Below, piece after piece: positions 12,001-24,000 of a stretch of DNA of 29,395 nt (positions within the stretch are counted from its first letter, which is position 1; each line of letters opens with the position of its first letter). A program made the translations under genes and the position numbers. Origin of the DNA: an uncultured Planctomycetia bacterium (GTDB lineage: Bacteria > Omnitrophota > Gorgyraeia > 2-01-FULL-45-10); contig CAZYZC010000001.1 in NCBI GenBank assembly GCA_964650985.1, positions 1 through 29,395 of the forward strand. The letters are read 5' to 3'. Below the pieces are notes generated by a model that saw nothing but the letters and a program-made list of their open reading frames with translations, ran no database searches and was not told where the DNA came from.

Positions 12001-15000
12001 CATAATACAATTAAAGGATAGGGTGGAAAAAGCGGCTAAGAGTTTGATCGCGCAGATGCAGCCGCCGTTTTATTCCGGCCTCCCGTTTACCCTTCCGCCC
12101 GAGATGATGGGGCTTATAAGCGCGCCGGTCACCAGTTTTAACGTGATAAATCCTTTCGTCCTCCGGAACAAGGAGGATGAATATCTCGAACTGGTGTCGG
12201 ATCTGACAGCCTTGATACTAGGCTACGTCTCGTCCTCGACTTCCCCCATATTGTCGGCTGCAATGACGGCCATAATCACCGAACTTAACAGAGATCTAGA
12301 TGTGTCGGAGGAGAACACGTTCCGGTCGCTGAACGATATTGCCAATTACACTACCGACGTGATCGATTCTTACAACTCGCAGAAAAGCTCTATCAACGAT
12401 ACCTACAGTTTGCTGCTCGCTAAAGCCGGTGAGGCAAGGGATGGAGATATCGCTACCATTGACGCGGCCGCGGCTGCCGCTTTGAAAGAGATGACGCTGC
12501 CCGGTCAATGGGCGGCCGAGGGAGATTATGACCATATATCGAAGTTCCTCGATATGGCTGAAAAAGCGGCGGCGAAGCTTATAGACGAAGGCCTCAGGGT
12601 CATTTATGAAAGGGACAAGGACGTCGAGCTCGGGACCTGGGAGATATACCCGATTAGCGAGAGGGTCATAAAAATGAAGACGCCCGGTAATCTTTTTCAG
12701 AAAATCAGTTCGATATCCAGGAACTGGCTGCTTACGGAGCAGAAACTCGAGATAGTCATAACGCCCGGTATCGACCTGGATACCGGATATATTACAGAGT
12801 TCTTCGGCACCGCGACGATGCAGCAGGCCGCTATGACGGCAAGCAGATGGGAGGCTAAGCTGGTCGATATGGCGATCGATATCATCACCCAGTCTAAGGG
12901 AGCCGTTGCCATGGCAGGCCTGGAAGACAGAAGGGGGCGGATATTCCGAGGCGAACGCGGACGACAGGTACCGGGGTCCAGGGGTTCGCTTAAGCAGGAT
13001 GTATACGGCTTCTACAGATTGACCAATGACACTAGTAGGAGAAACCGCGGTAAAGAAGATAAGACTACGATGGTGCCGGTATTGTTATTTGGCGACGTGT
13101 ACAGTTCGGGGAAGACCCTCGGCGGATTGCCGCCCGGAAGGTATATATCCGAGACGCAGACAAACTTCGACAGGGGCGCGCTAGACGAGAAAGGTAATCC
13201 GATCGCGATCGAATCCATAACCCTGCAGTACAATCCGAAGTCCGCCAAAAAAGAGGTTGTCCAGTCGATTCACGGCGTAAGGGACGCCAACGGCAACTGG
13301 TTCTACAATACGCAGGGCGGCGAGGCCATCTCGTTCGAAGATATTCTGAGGATGAGGGGCATAGTAGGGAGGGTGCAGCTTGTGCCCGCCAACAATGTAA
13401 ACGGAATTCAGATAAGAGGCTGGCTGACGGAATTCCTTAAATCCGGGCTCGGGAGGATAACGTTGAAGATAGACGGAGCCTTGACCGGCAGGAACGCCGA
13501 TCGGGGAAGAGAATTCATGCTGGCTCAAGGCGGAAGGAATGTAAATGAGCTGATACGGTCCGCGGACGGCGCTTCTGCCATCGTGCCGTTCCTTATAGGC
13601 GAAAACCAGCTGTCGTCCGGAGCCCAGGCCAGCATGGCTTCGATCGCGCGCATGGCGCTGAAAATTCCGGGCCCGCATTCCGCGAAAGTTTTTCTCGGTA
13701 TGGTAAAGGATACGGTTGTCGGGGATCTCGGACTTCCGGGTCTCGGCTCCTTTGATGCGAGCGTTTCCGACAGTTCCGGCAGGACGGTTGCGGCGCTTTC
13801 AAGGAATGTCGATGATGCCGGCGCCGGCGCCTGGAACCTTACCCTCATGTATCATAACATAAGAAGCGGCCCCGGCGCGGGCGGATCCTTAGTAATGAAC
13901 ATAATGAACGCGGACGGCTCGCTTAGCGACACGTTGTTCAATTTGTATTTGATGGGCACGTCCTCCGCAAGAGAGGCGAGCGAGGCCGCCGCGGGCGGAG
14001 ATCCGCTTAAAGCCGCGGCAAACGCGTTTGCGTCCGCGACGAACGGAGCCTTTGCGTCGATAATGGATTCCACGGGCAAGACGGCTTTTCTTACGGGCGC
14101 GATGAATATCGGCGGATCCCGGCAAGCTGTTGCCATCGATATGCGCGACGGGAGCAAAATAAGGATATATTCGCCCGGATCGGACGGCAACGCCGCCACA
14201 GCCCATAGCAGCACGCCGTCAGGGGTCGGACTTGCCGGAAACATCCGGGGCGTGACAGTCACTAATACCGTGTCGGCCGAAGGCGGTATGGACAAGGCCT
14301 TGGCGGACGCTCTCGGGAATGCCCTGCCACAGGTGCTCGGGTCCCTGTATGAGATAGGCACTAATAAGTTCCTGATAAAAACGGACGCGCAAGGCAATGA
14401 CAGGGAGTTTGCGCGGATGGTAACGGTCGGCGGTATGGAGCGTTATCTTACCGCAAGGGAAGTTTCTGCTGACGGAGCTGTCATAACGCGCAGTATCTTG
14501 GCTCTCGAAGGGCGGGGTGCCCGAGTCCGAAGATCCACCGAGACATTGACGGTGAGCCGGCTTGCCGGAACGCTTACAAGTCCGGCAGGAGACAGATTTG
14601 ATTATACCAGCTTCATTAGCGCGTCGCTGTCAGGAGACGCGGACCTTCAGAAGGAGGCCGTCGATAACAGCTTGTTCATGCCTGACGGACTTGAGCAGAA
14701 TTTTAAAGGCGACGCGCTGGTGTCGGCCACTCTTGACAATATGTCGATGTACCGCGCTGAAGGATATCAGAAAGGCGCCTATACGATGGAGGCGTATCAG
14801 CAGACGGACACCGGTTTTATTAAAGTGGCTATAACCAAGATGGAGAAGATGTCCGGGTTGGTACCAAATATCGGCGCATCATACGTGTGGAAGCTTACCC
14901 GCACCATGGTAACGGGCCTTGCGGATACTGATCAGAACACCCTGGGACGGCTCGGTTTCGGCGCCGGAACGGTGTATTATGACGCGTCCTTCCTTGTGCT

Positions 15001-18000
15001 CGGGATTCAGAATCTGTTGATCCCCGGGAAGTTAAGCGTGGTATCGACCCCGCAGAGCGAGTGGGAAAGGGACGCCCAGACCGGCGACATGGTCCGACAG
15101 ACGAGTTATTTTGTGGACCTTTTTAAAGGCAGAGGCGCAGAGGAGGTCATAGTAAAGGATATCATGAAATCGGCCGGCGGGAGTTTTACGGCGCTGGGTT
15201 TAACGGACCCGATAGGATATACCGCTACCATAACCCGTATATTGACCGGCACAGATGACACGATAGAGGCCCTGGGCGGCATGGGAATAATGAACAGCAC
15301 CCAGTACCTGGATGGCGGCGAAGTCGTACTTACACAGCTAAATAGGAACGGCGTTGAAATATTCCAGACGTCAAAGTCCGCCGAAGGCAAGTTCAGGTAC
15401 TTCGTCACCACTGCGCATGGCCGTGAAGCCATCGATGTAACCGAGACCAAGCGTAATGAACCGGGCGTAATGGGGGAGGGCAGAGAAGGGTTCTCCTACG
15501 ACAGCATTGTGACGGTGACTCATTCCGGTTCCGCCGCGGCGTTGTCGAAACTCGGCACCGCCGGCATTGCCGACTACACCAGCTACTTCAAGGGCGATGC
15601 CCTACAGGCGCGCGTTTATGATGTAACTTCCGGGACCGACGAGAAGAGCGGCAAGTATACCATAAGTGCGGTTGCTCTCTTTGACGCCAACGGAGATACC
15701 ATAACGGGTGCCGGGCAATTATACGCTATCACATTGGGTGACAAAACCCAGATCGGCAGGATCGTCGCTTCCATCAGCAGCCCTTATAAAATGACGCTTC
15801 CCGATGGATCGGAACTTACAGCGCGTATCGCGAACGAGGATGCGGTGATATCGGGGTTTGAAGGAATAGCCGCTGATATAATGAAATCTTTTGCTTCCTC
15901 GCTGGGTATGTCCCAGCGCATAGAGCTCATGCAGGGCGACCAGATATTTGCGACGGCCTTATTGGTCAAGGATGCGGATACGCCGTTAATGTTCTACAGG
16001 GCCGGCTCCAGTGAGATTATAGGCATCGGCACCGCAGCCGGTATACGCGTGCTGGTGACCGATGGCGGCACGTATACATTCAATGAAGCCGGGACCGGAT
16101 ACAAGAGAGTCGACTCGGTTACAAATATATTCACCTCGATTATCGGCCCGGAAGAATTTTTCGCGGCAGGCGGGAAATTCGGTGATGTTCAGGCCCAAAA
16201 TCTCGCCACAGCGTCTATAGATATTCGTGGCGGAGACCTGACCGCTAAAGAGAAGGAGTCTCTTATCGGTGACTTTGCCAGTATGGGCCGACTTGTGGCC
16301 CAGGACGCCGTTTGCATAATGAATAAGGAAGGCGTGATGATAGGCCAGTCCATTAGCAGAAATGAAAGCGGCGTTGTTACGGGGGCCATTGTAGGCAATA
16401 AACCATATGCGCTATCGAGCGGGAAATACGTTGAAGTAGTGGCAGGCATGACTAAGATGTCTAAAGAACAGGCCGCCACTATGCAGAAAGCAGTGGAGAG
16501 AGTGATGGTTAAGAATTTCGGTATAGACTCTCAGGTTAAAATACTGGGAGGTATGGACGTAACGAATAAAGACGCTTTTGGCGGAGCCGGTGAGCTCGAT
16601 ACCGCCCGTGGTGTCTTAAGATCCATGGGTGTCAGGATAGGCGAGTTCGGTTTTGAAGTTGTGAATAAGACTACCGGAGCGCTCCTCCAATCGGGCAATC
16701 TTAAGGTCGCCAATGACGGATCATTTATCACAACTTATGCCAGAGATGGGATAGATATCATCGCTTCGTTCATAAAAGAGAACCGGTTGTCGGAAGCCGA
16801 AGCCGGGGTTGCGGCCATTGACGGATTCTACTATGGAAAGCTGCGGCGTAATTCCGAGGGTAAGTTAATAGAATTAAGCGGCGTCCCTGTCGGGATAATA
16901 GACGCCGACGGCAACATGGTCGCGGCCATAGGACGCGACAATATAGATTCGGCTACTTTCATCAAGCTTAACAATAAATTTGCCTTCGGCGCGGGGGCAG
17001 GCCTTGTGAAGATAGATTTAAGCGGTATAGAGAGGCATACCAAGGTAGGAATAGTTGATGGCCGTCTTGATATGTCGGTTGCTCTTGCAGGGGCTGAAGT
17101 AATGACCCTGTGGGGAGGCCTGAGCTACTATGCGGATGTAATAGACGTCGGCGCCACGCCCAGCGCCCTGCATTTCGACGCCGCCGGCGGGCTTGTATTC
17201 AGCGGCGTTATACACGGATATCAGAAATATCAGCCTGGTGAGGGACAGGGAGCCAATGCCCCCAACGATAAGACGGATCAGGAGCGTACCAACCACAAGA
17301 TAATGGAACAGAATGGCGGCGCCTACCTACTCTACGGCAATATCGAATACAAAGAAAACAGATCCCTCGCATTCTCCAAAGGAGCCTATGTCGAAATATC
17401 CGCAAATCTTACCGGCGGCGCCGTCATATTCGGCCGCACGATAGGCGCCGGATCCCTCATCAAGATAGGCGACGGAAGCACGATAGTCGACCAGGTCGAA
17501 GGAAGCATAACATCCGATTCTATCCGCGGAAATAAGAACACCGTTGTGGGCGTAAATAATTCTAACGGCCTGGAGCTTAAGATAGGCGAAAGCGGCGTTA
17601 TAGAGTTTAAGACCATAAAACATAAGGATGGAACGCGCGAGCAGGTTCCCGTTGAAGGCACCCAGTACCGGATAAAGAACGCCTTTGGTTATAATGGCGG
17701 CGCCGTCACGATCGAGATAGGCGGTAAAGCCGGTGGATGGCTTACCATGGGCGGAAACGGGATCAATCTGGCCGGAAGCGTGGTTACCGCCGCTTCGATA
17801 ACGGGAGCGTTCAACGGTAAGCCGGTAACCGTCGATGTCCCGCTATCGGCCATAACGAGCGTATATTTATCCAGTGGCGGCAAGGTCTTGTTTAACACGA
17901 ATGTCTTCGAGGTCGACGGTGTCGTATATAATTTTGCGGCTGCCGACAGCGGTGCCCAGGCCGGCGCCGCGGGCGGGGCGGAAAAGAAGCCATTCGCATC

Positions 18001-21000
18001 CAGAGAAACCAGGCTTGATATTACGGCCTGGGACTCCGAAAATCCGGATACCTGCCTTTTGACCGGCAGCCTGGAAATAAGGGGCGGGGAGCTCTCGGTC
18101 ATGTCCGCAGGGGCCGAGATCAAGAATAAAACGGGCCAATACGCGGTTATAAACGGAACTTATGTAGTTCCGGGGCAGACCGCGCGGATAATGGCGGGCG
18201 GGGCGGTGATGGTCTTCGATACTTCTGCCATGGAGTCCTCCGGTTCGGCACAGGGCAAGATACTTACGGACGGCAAATACAGGGATGTGGTTGCCTACGC
18301 CGGCGGCGGTATGAGGTATACCGGTTCTTACGGAAATTGGCACTCGTTTAAGACCGGATGGAACGAAACTCTTGCGGAGCTTGGCTCGGAAAACCGCAGC
18401 GTAGGATGGGAAGGCACGGTCGAGGCGGCGGCCAAGATGAGAGTGGGCACGGCTATGCGTTTTGTCGACGGAGCGGCCAGGGCTTTAGGAAATGCCGGAT
18501 TGTGTCTTTGGAATGCCGCGAAGGCCGTTTTCGGAGTTGGCCGGGCCATAGCCATGCAGTGGATGACCGGCGAATTTGACTGGTCTGTAGCCATATCAGG
18601 AGCGGTTAAAATATTGCCAAACCTTATCGGTGTATTTACCGCAGCGTTCTCCGGCACCATCGGCAATGTCGCGAGGACTCTGTATCAGCCGTTCAACTGT
18701 AGGGAGATAAATAACTTTTTTGTCGGTTTGGGTGAGAGGGCGGCAAATCACATATCCGTGAAGCTGGAAGAAAAAGGGATGTCGCTGGAAGGGGTCTATA
18801 CCAACATAGGAAAAGGCGCCGGATCTTGCGCGGTGATCGGTATGTTTGCCGGAGTTATTCTTGGTAGTCCTATTCCGGTTTTAGGTAATGTCGCTGGCGG
18901 GATAATAGGATTTGTGATAGGCGCGGTAGTCGGAGTCCTGCTCGGCGCGGGGCTTTCCGTCGCCCAATATGCCGGGTCTACCGGAGATAGGACCCGGATA
19001 AATACGGCGCGTGGCTATAATTATACTTCGAGCCATAAGTTCATGGACTCACTCGCAAAGAGGACCGATACGCAAGGCAAGATCATATTTGAGACATTAA
19101 ACGGGTTTTCGGCATTAGTACGCGGTCTTTCTATGGGCCTCGGCGCCATAGGAGGAGCCTTCGAGGTGCATAGGGCAAGCAAGGTCATAGGTAAGGCCCG
19201 CTGGGGCGGGTATAGCATAGGAGACGTCCTGGAGCTGGTAGGCGTCCTGATAGCGTCGTTTATCATGTCAAAGGGTATAAACTCTGTAATAGGTAAGGGA
19301 GGTTACTTCTCCAGAGTCACAAGTCGTATAGGAAAAAGTCTCATCGAAAGCCATGGGCGGTTAGGTAAAGCCGCAAATGCTATCGCGCGTACATTCGGAA
19401 AGGTATATAGTCATCCGCTCCTGAATAAAGGGAATACAGTCGGATTAGAGAGAGGTACCGCGGCTGCAGTCAGGTTCCTGTCTTTAAAGGGAGCCGCGAT
19501 AGGACTTGCCTCAACTACAATCGGCATGGCCCAGGCAGGAGGAGCCATATGGGTAATGGGCAGGGCGGTGGTCACACCTCTTATGATAGCCGTTACCGGT
19601 GCGGAATCCAGACTCGATCTCATGAATACGCTGGCCAAAAGGCCGGATGGAACCATGAAGACCGTGCTTTCTACGCTGGCAAGCTTCGGGTTCAATTACA
19701 AGATAGATCCGGCAACCGGAAACTTCATAGAGGGCTCCACCAGCGTATTGGATGGGATAGCGGGCACCACAGTAAATAACCCGCAGTTTGTGCTGATATT
19801 CTTTGTCGCGGGCCCCGTCGTGGAGATGTTCGGCACGCTGTTGAGCAATACTTTGGGCAGGGCTGGTAATATAGTCAATACTCTGGTCATGGGGAAGGCA
19901 CTGAACAATCCCATCGGCTATGCCATATTCAAAGGCACGATGGCGGTGAAGAGCTTTATAGTAGGCGCGGCTAAAGCCACCTGGAATTTTATTGCCAAGT
20001 TCGCCAGCAAAGAAGCCCTGGAAAAAGGTTTTGGCGCCATATTCGAGGAAGGCATAAAAGAGCCGCTTATTAGCGCGGCCCTGCAGATGTTGGGAGTTTC
20101 GCAGGGTATGGCGGAGTATTTGGTCGAATTCTTCGACCTGGACGGATCTCCCGGTATCAATATGGCTGTCAAGGGTCTTACCAAAGCTGCAGGTAGCGCG
20201 AACCTCGGCAACCTCGCCGTCCGGGATGGTTTGCGCCAGGCAGTTGGAGGCAGCCCATCGCTCATTCAGACGATAGATGAAGTACAGTCTAACGGCGGTT
20301 CCATGGCCTCGGTCCGCGCGCTTGCCGGCCAGCTTTCGCGCCTTAATTTGAATGATGCGAATGTATCACAAGGGCTTGAGAAGGCAGGGCTCTTGAGCGC
20401 GGTTAAAGAGATGCGGCAGTCGGCGGCGCAGAACGCGCCCATAATCAGCGCTGTGGAAAATGCTTTGAATAATAACGATACGTCTGCCCTTCAGTCCATG
20501 GGCCTTACGCCGGAACAGGCGCAGAACAGGGATGTTGTGGAGGGGCTGGGTTTCCTTGCCTCGATAGGTGTCGTGACATCGAAGAATATCTCCAATGTCG
20601 CCGGTCTCATGGCCGCCGGCCTCCGTATGTCAAGAGTTGAAATAGGCTCCCTTACCGCAGCGGGGGTAAGTAGGGACAATCAGACCAAAGCCGAGAAGCT
20701 TGCAGCTGTAAATCAATCAATAGTTCGTAATGCCGGCGAGGCACTTTTGAGCCAGCTTGCCATGGGCAGGATCGGATCTCTGGACTCCATGGTCAGCCGC
20801 TTGCTCGACGGCGCAGCCTTAAGCCATCTGGCGTCCCTGTCCACGCGAGCCGTGGCCCCGCAAGCGGCACCGGCCGGACAGCAGGCCGCTCAACAGGCCG
20901 CCACAGTCATCAGCCCGTTTGAAGCTGCCGCGAATGCCCTGGCTGATGCAGGGGTTCCGATGTCAGTCACTTTGTTCGCAAGAGCGGTTGTGAAAGAAGG

Positions 21001-24000
21001 ATTTACAGCCCGGGAGACCTCCTCGATACTGAACGAGGCCGGGGCAGCTATAATGGCTAGCGCTGCTTCGCAGATCCCGATAAATGGCATTCTCATCGGG
21101 GCCATGGCCGGCATTCTCGGCGCAAGGATCCTGGATCATAAAAAGATGCTGATCGATAACAAGATAGAGTCGCCTAACTTCATGAAAGCTGTGGAGGCCC
21201 TTAGACAGGATACGGCCAAGGGTGACGGAATGATCATGGAACTCGGCAGGGAGATGCTGGCCGGCAACATGGATGAAGGCAATGCCGTAAACGCCGCGGC
21301 TCTGGTAATAATCAAAAACTACACCCAGGACGTATCGTCACAGGAAAAACTCCTGAAAAACATAGGAATGGATTCCGGGGACGCCCGCCAGCTGGCGGCG
21401 CTCGTAGGGGCGATGAACAGGTTCGATGTAGAAACGGCCAGGGCGGATCGTATTTCGGTCGAGCAGGATTACCGAGGAGGCGTGACTACGCTTCTTACCG
21501 TGAATATGATGGCCAGGGCGCCTAATACGGTGACAGGCCTTATAACCTCCTTAAGGGCGCACGCCCAATCTGCCGTAATACTCCAATCCGGCGGCAATAT
21601 CACCGGAATCCACCTGGACACCCTGACGAAAGACCTCGGCATGCACAAGGAAGACGCCGGACTCATAGGCATAGTAGCGGGTTCCCAGGACGCCAACAGG
21701 ATTTCCATAATAAATAATATAGCGCATAGCATACCGAATTCCGGCGGGGAATTTGCCCGTGTGGTCATAGGGTCGGTGATAGAAACCGCCGCCGATGTTC
21801 CGGGGACCCTCAGACTTCTTAACAGAGGAACGGATGCGTACCGGGGGATGAATATAAAACAGGATACGCTTGAGTATCTGATAAGCGCCGTAACGACGCG
21901 CCTCGATGACATAAGCCCCGATATAGTAGAGGCTGTAAGGCACGACATATCAAGAGCGTTAACGCAGAATCTCGGCCATACCCGTCGGGGTGATATAAGG
22001 TTCAATACTGACAGGGTAGTGGCCGGGGCGTTATTCGCCAATTGCGGCGGGAATTTATCCTCGATCGCGCCGGCCTTAACGGCAATGAATATAGACATTT
22101 CCGAGATCGTCCCCAATAATCTTTCTGCGGAAGACCTCGTAAAACTTACCGGCGATATCGGCGCGCATCTTCTGGAAGCAGGGTTCATAGAAGGCGACGC
22201 GTTAAAGAGCCTTGATAAAATAAATACACAGGATATGGTCCGCGTCTCCGCCCAGATATGCATGCCGGGCGTATCCAAGGACGCAAAGGCCAATGCCGCT
22301 GTATCCCAGATAATGCGCCACTACAGGATAGACAAGCTTAGCCTGATGGACAGTGCCAAGATATCGAAGCTTATGGGTGACATCGCCATGCCTTTGTCGG
22401 GCGACTACACCGATATGCTGGCTTTCCTCAAGGCCGAGCCCAACATCCTGCTTCGCGGGCTTACGGAAGACCGCCTTGCTACTATAGGGGCCCTGGCCGA
22501 GAGCCTCATAGGTATGAAGCCCGGCCAACTTATGATATACCGCATGTATGGAATAGCGAATCTCGGTAAGGCCGAAACAGCAAGGCTTCTGGAACGTTCA
22601 GCCAAGTCAGGAAATAAACTTCTCATGGTAAACTCCGCAGGCAATATAGTGCTTACCCCGAGACTGCGCCTGGTTCTGGGAAGCAACTTTGACATGATTA
22701 TGGACGCAAACGCCTTCGAAATATCCTTCGGAGATCTCGCAGACAGGATATCGGCCAAGCTCGGCAATACGGAAAACTTCCTGGATGAGGATAGCGCCAA
22801 AAATATAGTCTACGCCGTTGACTCGCTCGGTCTGCCCGTATTCTCGAAGACCCATAATGGAGGAAAGGACCTGCGGCAGGCAAACGCCGTATTCGCCATG
22901 CGCGCCAGAATGACGGGGCGGCTCATGACCGTCGTGGCCCGGCTTGTCGAGGAAGGCTCTTTGAGTGAAAGCGCCGGACAGTCCCTTTCGGGCACGCTCG
23001 AATACCTCAAATTGCGCCAGGGATTCCTTGCCCGTATCTCGAAGATGAACGTGGGCGCTTTATCGGCGAAACTCGATGAAAAGACAGTAAAAGGATGGAT
23101 AAAGTCCGACGAATCCGTGTTAAGAAGCGTAAAGAACTTCTTTAAAAGGCTGTTAGGCAAGCCCGGATCTCTCTGGTACTCGAGCAATACGAATATCCGC
23201 AGGATGCTGAGCCGTTACAAGGATGCCGCGGAGCTCGACAGTGTGCTTGCCCGCGTGACCACGAGCGTCGATGAAAAGAACGCGGTGAAGGAAGCTTTCC
23301 TTAATAATAAATCTATAAGGGCTGCCTTAAAGTACAAGAACTTAAGTATGGAAGGCCTGGCGAGAAAACTCAGCGTTATACAAGCGCTTACCTTGGATAA
23401 CAAAGCCATGCTTGGTAATGTCGTTGATAAAATAGCCGAAAATTTGAAGATGGACCCGTCCAGAAAGGCAGAGCTTTATAAAGCGCTTGTAAGCGAAGGT
23501 AAGCTTCATGAAGCACTCAAGCACTTAGGTATAGGCATAGACCAATTAGCCGGACTCCTCAAAAAAATGACCCTGGCGCTTAAGGAAAAAGCCAAAAAAG
23601 ACGGTCTTTCTGAATCCGTGGTCATGGACGCGACCGCTGCCTTCATGATAACGGCTGCTATTACCAGGGACCAGACGCCTTTTGCCGAACAGATATTCGC
23701 CGGGAAGATGCTTGCGGACGGGAAAGTGGTGCAGTTAGGAACGGGTGAGGGCAAGACTCTGGTAAGCGCGATGGCGCTTTATTTCAGGGCTCTTATGGGC
23801 GGCGGGGTCCACCAGATGGTGCAGTCGGACTTTCATGCGGACAGAGACTTCGCGGAGATAAGTCCACTCCTGAAAGCGCTTGGTATAAAATGCGATATCG
23901 TGACAAAGGATATGGGGGTCGACGCTAACGCCCCCGACAGGGAAGAGCAGATCCTGGCCAAAAAGCAGAAGGCGTATGGCGCCGAGGTCGTATATGTTGC

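Noticed and set aside
13091-13117. Walker A-like GDVYSSGKT after a hydrophobic strand
   Set aside because: The spacing is Gx5GKT rather than Gx4GKT, and I found no Walker B or P-loop NTPase context downstream.
13064-18350. Calling the beta-rich region an RHS/YD-repeat domain
   Set aside because: It has DxxG turns but lacks the regular YD/YxYDxxGRL consensus and the PxxxxDPxG core terminus, so it is reported only as an unassigned beta-meander.
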